Source: an uncultured Saprospiraceae bacterium | Lineage (GTDB): Bacteria > Bacteroidota > Bacteroidia > Chitinophagales > Saprospiraceae | DNA: 49,395 nucleotides | Assembly (NCBI GenBank): GCA_964458135.1 | Contig: CAYWHT010000001.1 | Location: forward strand, 1 to 49,395 | Reading direction: 5' to 3' | Shown here: piece by piece, positions 36,001 through 44,003 of the stretch | How positions within the stretch are numbered: the stretch's first letter is position 1 | Layout of the letters: each line of letters starts with the position of its first letter | The notes under the pieces: model-generated | The model's database searches: none | Told to the model about the DNA's origin: nothing | What the model saw: the letters and a program-made list of their open reading frames with translations, nothing else | Program-made: the position numbers and the translations under genes

Positions 36001-39000
36001 GTTTACTGCCAACTTCTCGGATGTCATGAAGCGCTACTTATATCGCTCTCGCGAGGTACAGGAGAAGAATTTCCGAGGAGAGCGCGAACGGCGGATGCTG
36101 ACCGACGAGGAACTGGGAACTGAAGGGGTCGAGGCATTCGAGCGTGCCGAAAAACTCATTGACGATACGGATCTAGATTTCCCGGTTAGCCCGATCGATC
36201 GTGTCCGGCAACGAATTGAGGATGCGGGCTATAGTTTCGAGGAAATTACGGGTCGCCAGCACGCTCTCGATTACGACGAAGATGGCAACGCCACCTATCG
36301 CAAGCGCGGCTCGAAAGAGACTTCGCAGGCTGCAAAAATCCAGACAACCGACAACTTCAACAATGGCGATACGGATGCCCTATTGCTCAATCGCTCTGGG
36401 GCAACCGGAATTTCGCTGCACAGCGGCGAGAAATTTCAAGATCGCCGCCGCCGCCACATGATTGTCGGGCAAGCCGAGCGCGACGTGAACGCTTTTATAC
36501 AAACATTGGGGCGCGTCCACCGCACTGGGCAAGTCGAGCCGCCGAAAATTTCGATCGTGATGAGCGATGTCCCGGACGAGAAGCGTCCCGCCGCCATGCT
36601 CGAAAAGAAAATGGCAAGCCTCAACGCCAACACTACGGCAAGCAGAAGCTCGGGGTTCGATACCAGCGAAATTCCAGACTTTTTTAATGAATACGGATCT
36701 GCCGTGGTCGAAAACATGATGGAGGACTACCCGGATGTTAACGCCAAGCTGGATTATCCAGTGGGGTTGTCAGGGAGTGGCAACCGCGAACAAGCCAATG
36801 ACGAGGATGCGATCCGCAAAGTTACGGGTCGATTGCCGTTGTTGAGCGTAGATGAGCAGGGGCAATTTTATGAAGAGCTTGAAGAAGAATACAAGGCAAT
36901 GTCGGAGCGGCAGAAAGCCCTCGGCAACAATATCCTAGAGGCAGACTTTCGGGATCTCGACGTTCAACCTATTGCTCAAGCTAACATTATCGAGTCCGAT
37001 CCGAATTCAAGTTCGGCATTTGCGAATGGGGTTCGTGCGGAAATTGCCAATGTAAATGCACCATCTAAGCCAAAGACGCAGCTTGAAGTGACCAATGAAG
37101 TCCGACGAGGGCTAGGCTTGGATTCAATTAGCAACCTCGAAGACTACGAACCCGACAAGGTGCGCGGCTCGGCAGAATTCGAGCGAGATGAAACGCTTGA
37201 GAAAGTCGATCGCGCTACAGACGCTTACCGAAATCGCCAGCACCAAAAAATTCGAGATCGCTCCTCGCTCGAACCTAAAGATCCCAACGCAGATAATGCC
37301 GAGGAGGAGCGGCAGCGGCTCGCTGAAAAATTTCAGAGCCGCCTGGATGCTGAAGACAAAAAAATTGACAAACAGCGCAGCCATATCAAGGAAGAAGTTG
37401 AACAATTTCCGCGCGGACAAACTGTGCGATTGGCAGCAAAAGGGCGCGGCGAAGAAGGTCGAACTTTTTATGGAGCAATTACTGATATTCGCAAGCGCGG
37501 ACAGAGCCTTGACGACTCGATTACCGGAGCAGACAATAGCAATCAGTTGGGCGATAATCCTCTAGCGGCGAGTAAGTGGGAAATGCTCGTTTCGATCGCC
37601 GATAGTGCCAGAGAAATGGCGATTCCAGTAAGCAAGCTAAATACGGGGCGAATCGGCTCGATTACTATGAACCCTGCTGAGGAGTCAGCGGCAGGAGAAA
37701 ATATCATGCAGATGTTCGACGATCGCCAGTCTGAAAGCAGCCGAGAGGTTCGGCAGGTGTTGCGCGGTAATATGCTGAAAGCCGCCCATCAGTACGGCAA
37801 TCAAGGTGACATGATCAACGCCACGACTCGCGATGGTGGAGTCGAGCCGATTATGTTGATGGATCGCAATTTTGACCTGAATAAAGAACAGGAAAAATCG
37901 AATGTGCTATTGCCGCACGATCGCAATATTAATCAATTTTTTGAGCTAACCGAAGACAAAGGAAAGGTTCAAACCGAAGATGGACGATTAACTCTTACAA
38001 AGCACGGAGAAAAATACCAACTCGAAACCAGCCGTGGGGCAAGCGATTATTATCTCAATCGAGATCTAACGGATGCTATTGGGGATGATTTTTATTCTAA
38101 AGGCAGTGACCGCATGGTGGCAAATTTTAATTGGGACAGGTTCGATAATGTCCTGGGCGAAATTAAGTATGTGATGGGGCATAGTAAAACTATGCAAGCT
38201 GCTTCCCATAAAGATACTGCCAGGGAGTTGGTTGGGGAACAGACTTTAAAATTTGATTGGCACGAATCGATCGACAAACAGGCTGTTAAAAGTTTAGGAT
38301 TTCCAGAACATCCGAAACTTGAAGATTTTAAGGGCAAGGAAGTACGGAATAAGCTGAACGCCTTGTTGCCGGATAAATTGTATGAAGAAGGAAAAACAGA
38401 GGATAACATGGCACTTAAGCAAAACGACAATGGCGAAACCGACAAAATCAATTTAGAAAATTCAAACTCAAGCAAAGAGCAGCAAGACGAACAAGATAAA
38501 CAGCAATTATCGGATAAATTCTCATCTTTTTCACGCGATATCGAAACGGAAATGTGGAATAACGAGGATGGAGATTCTATTGGTATAAAACTCCAGAGCG
38601 AGGGAGTTACAAGCGATGATTTCGACAGCTATATTTTCGAGAAAACGCTTGAATACTTTGACGATAGCTATACTGCAGAACCAGACCCAGACACGGATCG
38701 AGATGCAGTTCAAGCAGTTGAAGAGGCTAGTAAAAAAGCGGGTGTTAGCAATCAACTAGATGCGGTGATTAGTAGAGTTAGAGGAAATTATACTAAGCAG
38801 CAACAGGAGCTTGACAGTAGTATAAGCTTGGAGCAGGCTAAACGATCTTCTTCTCAAATCACTCAGGACATAGAAGAACGACGGCAAGAAGCTGAGAAAG
38901 AAGAGCAGCAGAAACTTGAAGACCAAGGTAGGTTGTATGAAGGCAAGAAACCTTCAGAGCGTGAGGATGCTGATTTTTTAAAAGAACACCTGCACGGTGC

Positions 39001-40114
39001 ATTTAAGGAAAAGTATGAATTAGATGACGAAGCAGCGACTGAACGAGTTAATGATTTATTTGGAACTTGGGAAAATGAAGGGTATAATGCAATCTACGAT
39101 AAGTATTTAGAGGATTTATCAGAAGATTGGAATAAACAGGTAAAGGATCTAGTAGCCGAAGCATCGCATGAAGATTCTCAAGAAGCTCACCGAACTGTTT
39201 ATAGTGAAATTGAAAAACGCGAAATCCAAAATTCTCATGAGGAGATGGGCGAGGCGGCAAAGCGAGTGAGCGGAATGCTTGATGAATTCAGCGGCGATCG
39301 CACTCAGATAAAAGGCGAACACGACTATCGCGATACCATCACTTTTCTGCGCTCAGATGCTCGCGATCGATTGAGCGAGGAGGAACGACAAACAGTCAAC
39401 GAAAGCTTCGATCGTGCTGAGGAGGTGATGCAATCGTACCAAAAATTAGGAAAAAGTATCGATTCTATGGAAGAGTTGCTGGACTCATACGAAGCCGATG
39501 CACCCGAGCGAGTAATTACCGAGGCGATCGAAGACGAAGATGAAGAACTCGATGCCATGCTTGTCTCGGCGGAGGAGGAAGAATCGCAAGTTCCCAGCGT
39601 CGATACCTTCCGCGATTGGTATCAGTCGGCGCGAAAGCTGGCGCGATCGGACGAAGAACTCGGCAAAATCGAGCAGTATGGAAAAGCAGCGAAAGCTGGC
39701 GAACTCGATAGCTTTGAAGAATCGGAAGAAATGGAAGAAACGATCGCGACGGCACAGCAACAGAGCCGAATCGGGGAAAACGTGGTATCAAATGCCCGGA
39801 GCTTTATCAGTGCGGCGAAAGATGCTGGGATTGTCAAAGAGAAAAATGGCGAGACTTCCCTAGAAGGCAAGCACTACCAGGTCACCCAGTGCAACGATCG
39901 AGTTGAGGTATCGGGCAAAGAGTCTGGGGCGAAAGTGATTAGCGATCTCGATCGCGAGGGGAACGAAAATATCCGAGAAGCGCACGACCTCTCGGACAAA
40001 GACAGCAAGCGCTGGGATAGTTTGGGAAATCGCAGTGCTGAAGATTTACAAACTCGCAAGCAGAAGCAACGCCAATCCAAGCAGCAGAAACAATCTGCTG
40101 AAGTCGAACGATAG
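33095..40114 (+). CDS. Giant (2339 aa) N6-adenine-type DNA methyltransferase fused to an SNF2/strawberry-notch-like helicase, with a long acidic coiled-coil tail
   Basis: The methyltransferase motif I-like box is DVYEPTAGHGALL and motif IV is VVIANPPFG (NPPF at 33659-33670). Helicase motif I is GDQTGVGKGRQ (about 34931-34963), the DEAH box is VMVLDEAHEAGG, and motif VI is QTLGRVHRTGQ. The last 600 aa or so are Glu/Asp/Lys/Gln-rich. Confidence 0.9.
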   Translation: MPERDRTNNLANHFRDRFLAGDRFQSITQARKSVSDYLGQPIQPGSRQAKQLDESVEQGLVRAAKAIIQAGEDSGDSPAATYDRLVDLYQRQPRLGTRSSTSIERQQYSTPVPIAYLASRLAGVDRDCDVYEPTAGHGALLAEADPQRSTVNELDDDRAADLHRQGYEVTQHDAVNWRPGRQADVVIANPPFGCRQGQNGRAEQFEIGGDLTKIRTIHLDHAIAWKSLEAMKDDGRATLILGSEHGTQQSRSDKYNQQQNRGFFYNLYKNYNVTNHFTIDGGLYGRQGAGFPIDVIQIDGRGTSQRELPAADVPKLYTSYDELKETLNYGVSRERTASSDRDARLSIFPESQRLEADGNGRGCAPDAPVLADPPAEQPNSNSRLHGLSESGSRQGRVADLPLQLAARDSSDRSIRLYRDQSEENRRRFDDPRTDNQRSGVGTDSDREFVVAGNVAARDSDGAARASATNPPGRGGEGASHRGDSGRDEPRRMVTRNSGRVKKHREPSPFTEFEESSMPEDDNRNNPEQQQVRYQPQSKHSSLDTLIPRNLQGSARESLDSLEERVGGDIDEFVRDCVGFESEEDSKDALAGEQVDGTALAIDRIENDQGALIGDQTGVGKGRQLASILKYAKETDRTPIFVTQKPSLYADMIRDLEDVGEAGFNPFVTDRDTKVPLPDGREINTKPGQKKQEIDDILKSGELPDEYDGIFTTYSQMQTVRGKEPPRRELLRQFAPNSVMVLDEAHEAGGSPDRQSLPGQASNRAEFARELVDDAEGVAFSSATAIKRPDVLDLYGRRTGMTEALGGVKDLQNVLEGGIPLQQASSAMLTRDGNYTRRERSYEGVDFGIEQVDVSRESTDGMAEIMGSILQFDRAKQDAVISIDEELKKEAKSVSEDNAIGKSGADSTNFTALMHNVMDQAQVARKSDQMADEAIASLERDEKPVIAVSNTMGSFIEQVAERDDLHRGDEFTANFSDVMKRYLYRSREVQEKNFRGERERRMLTDEELGTEGVEAFERAEKLIDDTDLDFPVSPIDRVRQRIEDAGYSFEEITGRQHALDYDEDGNATYRKRGSKETSQAAKIQTTDNFNNGDTDALLLNRSGATGISLHSGEKFQDRRRRHMIVGQAERDVNAFIQTLGRVHRTGQVEPPKISIVMSDVPDEKRPAAMLEKKMASLNANTTASRSSGFDTSEIPDFFNEYGSAVVENMMEDYPDVNAKLDYPVGLSGSGNREQANDEDAIRKVTGRLPLLSVDEQGQFYEELEEEYKAMSERQKALGNNILEADFRDLDVQPIAQANIIESDPNSSSAFANGVRAEIANVNAPSKPKTQLEVTNEVRRGLGLDSISNLEDYEPDKVRGSAEFERDETLEKVDRATDAYRNRQHQKIRDRSSLEPKDPNADNAEEERQRLAEKFQSRLDAEDKKIDKQRSHIKEEVEQFPRGQTVRLAAKGRGEEGRTFYGAITDIRKRGQSLDDSITGADNSNQLGDNPLAASKWEMLVSIADSAREMAIPVSKLNTGRIGSITMNPAEESAAGENIMQMFDDRQSESSREVRQVLRGNMLKAAHQYGNQGDMINATTRDGGVEPIMLMDRNFDLNKEQEKSNVLLPHDRNINQFFELTEDKGKVQTEDGRLTLTKHGEKYQLETSRGASDYYLNRDLTDAIGDDFYSKGSDRMVANFNWDRFDNVLGEIKYVMGHSKTMQAASHKDTARELVGEQTLKFDWHESIDKQAVKSLGFPEHPKLEDFKGKEVRNKLNALLPDKLYEEGKTEDNMALKQNDNGETDKINLENSNSSKEQQDEQDKQQLSDKFSSFSRDIETEMWNNEDGDSIGIKLQSEGVTSDDFDSYIFEKTLEYFDDSYTAEPDPDTDRDAVQAVEEASKKAGVSNQLDAVISRVRGNYTKQQQELDSSISLEQAKRSSSQITQDIEERRQEAEKEEQQKLEDQGRLYEGKKPSEREDADFLKEHLHGAFKEKYELDDEAATERVNDLFGTWENEGYNAIYDKYLEDLSEDWNKQVKDLVAEASHEDSQEAHRTVYSEIEKREIQNSHEEMGEAAKRVSGMLDEFSGDRTQIKGEHDYRDTITFLRSDARDRLSEEERQTVNESFDRAEEVMQSYQKLGKSIDSMEELLDSYEADAPERVITEAIEDEDEELDAMLVSAEEEESQVPSVDTFRDWYQSARKLARSDEELGKIEQYGKAAKAGELDSFEESEEMEETIATAQQQSRIGENVVSNARSFISAAKDAGIVKEKNGETSLEGKHYQVTQCNDRVEVSGKESGAKVISDLDREGNENIREAHDLSDKDSKRWDSLGNRSAEDLQTRKQKQRQSKQQKQSAEVER

Positions 40115-40123
40115 GAGTAATAC

Positions 40124-41959
40124 ATGAGCCGCCGCATCGAACCCAATCGGGCAATCCTACTCGCCAGAACCCAACAAAATGAGGAAATTCCTTACTGGGC
40201 AGAACCGATCGCCGATGCCTGGAGTACCATTTCCGGAATCCTATTCTCCGGACAGGGGATGGCGCTAATCGGAATCTTGCTTGTTCTCGGGGCAATGCGA
40301 GTATTCTCGGGCGGACAGACCCAAGGACTCGCCGCCGGAAAATGGGCAGGTCGCACGGAGCGCTTAAATGCCTGGAAGCGCACGAAAAAGAAGCTGAGGG
40401 GTGAGGACGTTGACGACGTGGCTTTGTGGTGCGGCGGCTCGGTTAAACAGGGCTTTTTCGGCAAGTTATTAACCTTTGTTACGGGTGACTTACCTACCAC
40501 GGTGGTTCCCGACGCCAATCGCTCGACAATCGTATCGGGGAAGCCGGGAAGTGGGAAAACCTTCTCAGCGATCGATCCAATGCTTAAATCGGCGATCGAG
40601 CAAGGGTTGCCCATCGTCCTCTACGACTATAAAGCAGACGAGCAGGGAGCTGGCGGACAGACTGATTTTGCAGCTACTTTAGCCGCGCGTCATGGATACA
40701 AATTGAATATTTTCGCACCAGGGCGGGACTACACCTGTACAATTAATCCTCTCGATTTTATGGAATCTCCGAGCGACGATATCACAGCCAAAACTTTGGC
40801 TGAGGTATTTCAGAAAAATATGAAAGGCGATAATTCAGGTGGTGACGCATTCTTCGGGGCTGCCGGACAGCAGTTAATCCAAGCCTTACTTCAGTTTGCT
40901 AAATCAACAAGGTATCCCGATATTCCAATGGCATTCGCGACGGTGCGGTTGCAGCAATTACCCGAGCGATTAATTCATGCTGAGAAAGAAGGCAATCTCC
41001 CCGTCTCTGTTAAAATTGCCTTCTCGCAGCTCATGTCTACAACGGGCGCTGAAAAAACTGTCTCGGGAATTGTCAGCACCGCTCAAGATATATTAACTCG
41101 ATTTATTTCGCCAAGGATTTTACCTGCAATTACTAAGGATACTAATATTTCAATCCAAATTAGTGGGAAAGAAATAATTGTATTTCAAAGTGATATTTTT
41201 CGTCAAGAAGTTGTAAATCCTCTGCTAGCAGCAATTATTAACGTTGTCATCGATCGTAATTTTAGTTATCAGCGCGAAACACCACTGATTTTTAGCGCTG
41301 ATGAATTCCCTACAATTTATTTACCACAAGCACCCAGATGGGTAAACGAACACCGCTCGAAAGGATTTTGCGGTATCTTTGGATTTCAGTCATTCCCGCA
41401 GATTCGAGATACTTACGGCAAAGAACAATCCGCCGTGATGCTGGCAGGTACAGGATCGCATTTCTGGTTTAACCCTGGCGACCAAAATACTGCCAAAGAC
41501 CAATCTTCATTTTTGGGAGAGGAAGAAATTATAATCGAAAATAAGTCGAAAACCCACCAGCGTGGGGAGGGGCGTGGTAGTATCAGTAAAAGTCAGCAAA
41601 CCCAAACTAAACCGCTGATAACCGCTTACGAGATTAATCAATTTAAGGTAGGGGAGTGCATTTATCTAAACCCCGGTTTCTCTGATGGCGACCGCGAGAG
41701 TATTCCCCAGCATTTAAAGCGCATTGAGATTCCAGAGGAAGATATTTCGCTACATAAAGAATGTGAAAAAATGTGGCTTAATACCGTTCGAGATCGATTA
41801 ATTCAACGAGAGCAGGGACGCCGACCAAATATGAACTTTGAGCAGCAATTGCAAGCTCGGTTCGAGGAGGCAGAACGGTTACTGCCTTTGCCTCCAGATG
41901 AAGAAGATGAAGAACAAAAAGATGATGTAAATGTTACCAATGTAATTCCAGATTTATAA
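40124..41959 (+). CDS. virD4: VirD4/TraG-family type IV coupling protein
   Basis: An N-terminal transmembrane helix is present (GMALIGILLVLGAM). Walker A is IVSGKPGSGKTFSAIDP and Walker B is PLIFSADEFPTIY. A TAGGAG box precedes the ATG. Confidence 0.9.
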   Translation: MSRRIEPNRAILLARTQQNEEIPYWAEPIADAWSTISGILFSGQGMALIGILLVLGAMRVFSGGQTQGLAAGKWAGRTERLNAWKRTKKKLRGEDVDDVALWCGGSVKQGFFGKLLTFVTGDLPTTVVPDANRSTIVSGKPGSGKTFSAIDPMLKSAIEQGLPIVLYDYKADEQGAGGQTDFAATLAARHGYKLNIFAPGRDYTCTINPLDFMESPSDDITAKTLAEVFQKNMKGDNSGGDAFFGAAGQQLIQALLQFAKSTRYPDIPMAFATVRLQQLPERLIHAEKEGNLPVSVKIAFSQLMSTTGAEKTVSGIVSTAQDILTRFISPRILPAITKDTNISIQISGKEIIVFQSDIFRQEVVNPLLAAIINVVIDRNFSYQRETPLIFSADEFPTIYLPQAPRWVNEHRSKGFCGIFGFQSFPQIRDTYGKEQSAVMLAGTGSHFWFNPGDQNTAKDQSSFLGEEEIIIENKSKTHQRGEGRGSISKSQQTQTKPLITAYEINQFKVGECIYLNPGFSDGDRESIPQHLKRIEIPEEDISLHKECEKMWLNTVRDRLIQREQGRRPNMNFEQQLQARFEEAERLLPLPPDEEDEEQKDDVNVTNVIPDL

Positions 41960-41992
41960 CTTTAAAACTAGGAATAAATAAGGAGATCTGCA

Positions 41993-42385
41993 ATGACTGA
42001 TACAACTGGACGAGATAGATTAATTGAAATGGCACAAGAACACAAGAAGCTCAAGGCAAAAGCAACTTTTTTAGATAATGGCGTGCGCCTTGGGCGCGTC
42101 GCCTACACTCAATGGGGAGGACTCCGCGCTCGATTCGGAATTGTTGCAGAGATTCGCGGTGGTTGGTTCGACCTTCGCCATAATGTGATTCTCGATCCTA
42201 TTGGGGTAGACGAATTCGACGACAATGACGACAGGAAAATTCACGAATATGGGTCAAATTTGCGAAACCTCTCTCGCAAGTGCTACGAGCGACGGAAAGC
42301 CGAATTGCAAGAACAGCTAGACCTGCTCGAACGAGCCTGGGAGATTCAGCAGCAACTTGAAGAATTGGATGGAGGCAGCAGCTAA
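41993..42385 (+). CDS. Hypothetical protein (130 aa)
   Basis: An AAGGAG box lies 7 nt upstream of the ATG. The C-terminus is coiled-coil. No motif was recognised. Confidence 0.55.
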   Translation: MTDTTGRDRLIEMAQEHKKLKAKATFLDNGVRLGRVAYTQWGGLRARFGIVAEIRGGWFDLRHNVILDPIGVDEFDDNDDRKIHEYGSNLRNLSRKCYERRKAELQEQLDLLERAWEIQQQLEELDGGSS

Positions 42386-42388
42386 ATA

Positions 42389-43249
42389 ATGGGATCGAGT
42401 GACTATGCCGAACGCGAAGATAGTAAGATTGCACGCCACGAACAGCGCTATGCCGAAGCTGGAGTAACCGGGGCGATCGCATCGCGCGCCGCCGAATTAA
42501 AAGCACAGCAGCAGGATGGTGGGGAAGAACTCGACGAAGTTGCCGTACAGATTGTCGATTTTGCCGATCGCAATCAAGCACAACACGAGGAATTACAAAC
42601 TCTGAGTCAGTACGGGGCAGATCTCGAACAGCATGGATTTGAGGCGATCGCTGACAACTATAGCAATCGGATTCCCGATCTCAAAGATAACCTGGGGCAG
42701 CATCGCGCTAGAGCTGCCAACGGCGAAGAGGTTGATTGGGTTGCCGACCGACAACGCGATTTAATGGGCGACCTACAGCGGCAAGGTTCCCTGGAACGAC
42801 AAGTCGAACAAGGCAATCGCGACTTGGGCGAGGTTATTAGCAACTCTGACACTGACGACACGGGAACAGGTACAGAGGAACAGGAAGAATCACCTTTCCA
42901 AAAACAAGTCGATAATTTCGCCATCATAGAAAATGCTAGGCGATTGCACCAGGCGGCTCAGAATACGCCATTGGTGAAGAAGGCTGGCAATAATATTTCC
43001 GTCCTGGAGGGCGATCGGTACTCGGTGGTACAGTCCGACGAGACTACAATCGTGCAAGGTCGCGATCGCGGCGGACGAGCGATTGCTAATGGCGACCATC
43101 TGCTTGATGCGGATGGATTCACGAAAGATGACGAGCGCTGTTGGGAGGAGCTAGGGCAGATTACAGCCGAGCAGCTACAGCAAAGCAATCGACAAATTCA
43201 AGAACGAGAAATTCTGCGGAGGGAGAATTCTGATGAGATTGAGATGTAA
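42389..43249 (+). CDS. Hypothetical protein (286 aa) carrying the shared C-terminal module
   Basis: The C-terminal 110 aa read ENARRLHQAAQN...VLEGDRYSVVQSDETTIV...DGFTKDDERCWEELGQITAEQLQQSNRQIQEREILRRE. They align by eye with the C-termini of the giant protein and the relaxase. Confidence 0.6.
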   Translation: MGSSDYAEREDSKIARHEQRYAEAGVTGAIASRAAELKAQQQDGGEELDEVAVQIVDFADRNQAQHEELQTLSQYGADLEQHGFEAIADNYSNRIPDLKDNLGQHRARAANGEEVDWVADRQRDLMGDLQRQGSLERQVEQGNRDLGEVISNSDTDDTGTGTEEQEESPFQKQVDNFAIIENARRLHQAAQNTPLVKKAGNNISVLEGDRYSVVQSDETTIVQGRDRGGRAIANGDHLLDADGFTKDDERCWEELGQITAEQLQQSNRQIQEREILRRENSDEIEM

Positions 43250-43385
43250 GGTTGCTGTTTTTGGATTAGTTATTGCTTTAATTGGTGCCTTGTCTCTAGC
43301 TTGGAGCAGATTCTGCTCCTCTCGCGCTCGGTTCATGAAATCTTTCTATTTTTCGAGGTACCCATCAATATTATTACGAATTTAA
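43233..43385 (+). CDS. Small hydrophobic peptide (50 aa) overlapping the upstream stop
   Basis: The ORF is below the ORF-track cut-off. The ATG at 43233 has a GGAGGGAG box (43218-43225) 7 nt upstream. The peptide MRLRCKVAVFGLVIALIGALSLAWSRFCSSRARFMKSFYFSRYPSILLRI has one transmembrane helix with positive flanks. Confidence 0.35.
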   Translation: MRLRCKVAVFGLVIALIGALSLAWSRFCSSRARFMKSFYFSRYPSILLRI

Positions 43386-43470
43386 ACAAAAATATAGATT
43401 TTTGTACGATATGACTAGGCAAAGTAAAAATCGATAACCAATACCTGCGTTCCAGCAGCTAGGGTTAATC

Positions 43471-43869
43471 CTAGCCACTTTTACTTTCATCCCAAATAGC
43501 CTTTGCAATCTCTTCCACTTCTCTGTATCGGATTGACTTTACAACCCTATTAACCTTTTTCTTAATTGTCTTTCGAATAGTTTCCCCAATCTGAAGTATA
43601 TCTTCGTCGGACACTCCTTTAGAAGTATTGCCAAAAAATACCGCACCATCTAGCACCATATCTTTATCTTCAGAAGGCTCTAATTTAACTAATGCCTCTA
43701 CAGTCTGCTTAAACTTAAAATGCTTTACTGTTACTTTTACACCTCTAATTTCAGCATCTTCTTGTTCTTGTTTCAGGTCAGTTGCGATTCTTTGTAACTG
43801 ACTATCAGAGATACCTTCACAAAATTCAATATCAAAAGTTTTACAGCCAAATCCTTTACCTTTTTCCAT
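43471..43869 (-). CDS. Hypothetical protein (132 aa)
   Basis: It is a clean ORF with an ATG start and a GGAG box upstream. No motif was recognised. Confidence 0.5.
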   Translation of the reverse strand: MEKGKGFGCKTFDIEFCEGISDSQLQRIATDLKQEQEDAEIRGVKVTVKHFKFKQTVEALVKLEPSEDKDMVLDGAVFFGNTSKGVSDEDILQIGETIRKTIKKKVNRVVKSIRYREVEEIAKAIWDESKSG

Positions 43870-44003
43870 TTTTCTCCGTTGAATTAATTTCGGTGTACTA
43901 ATAATTTTAGCTTAGTAAATTTCGCCGCAGGGTGAAGCAGCAAAGACGATCGCGATTGTGGTACAGAGAATTGAAGGATAACTGATGTCCATACGAGTAT
44001 ACC

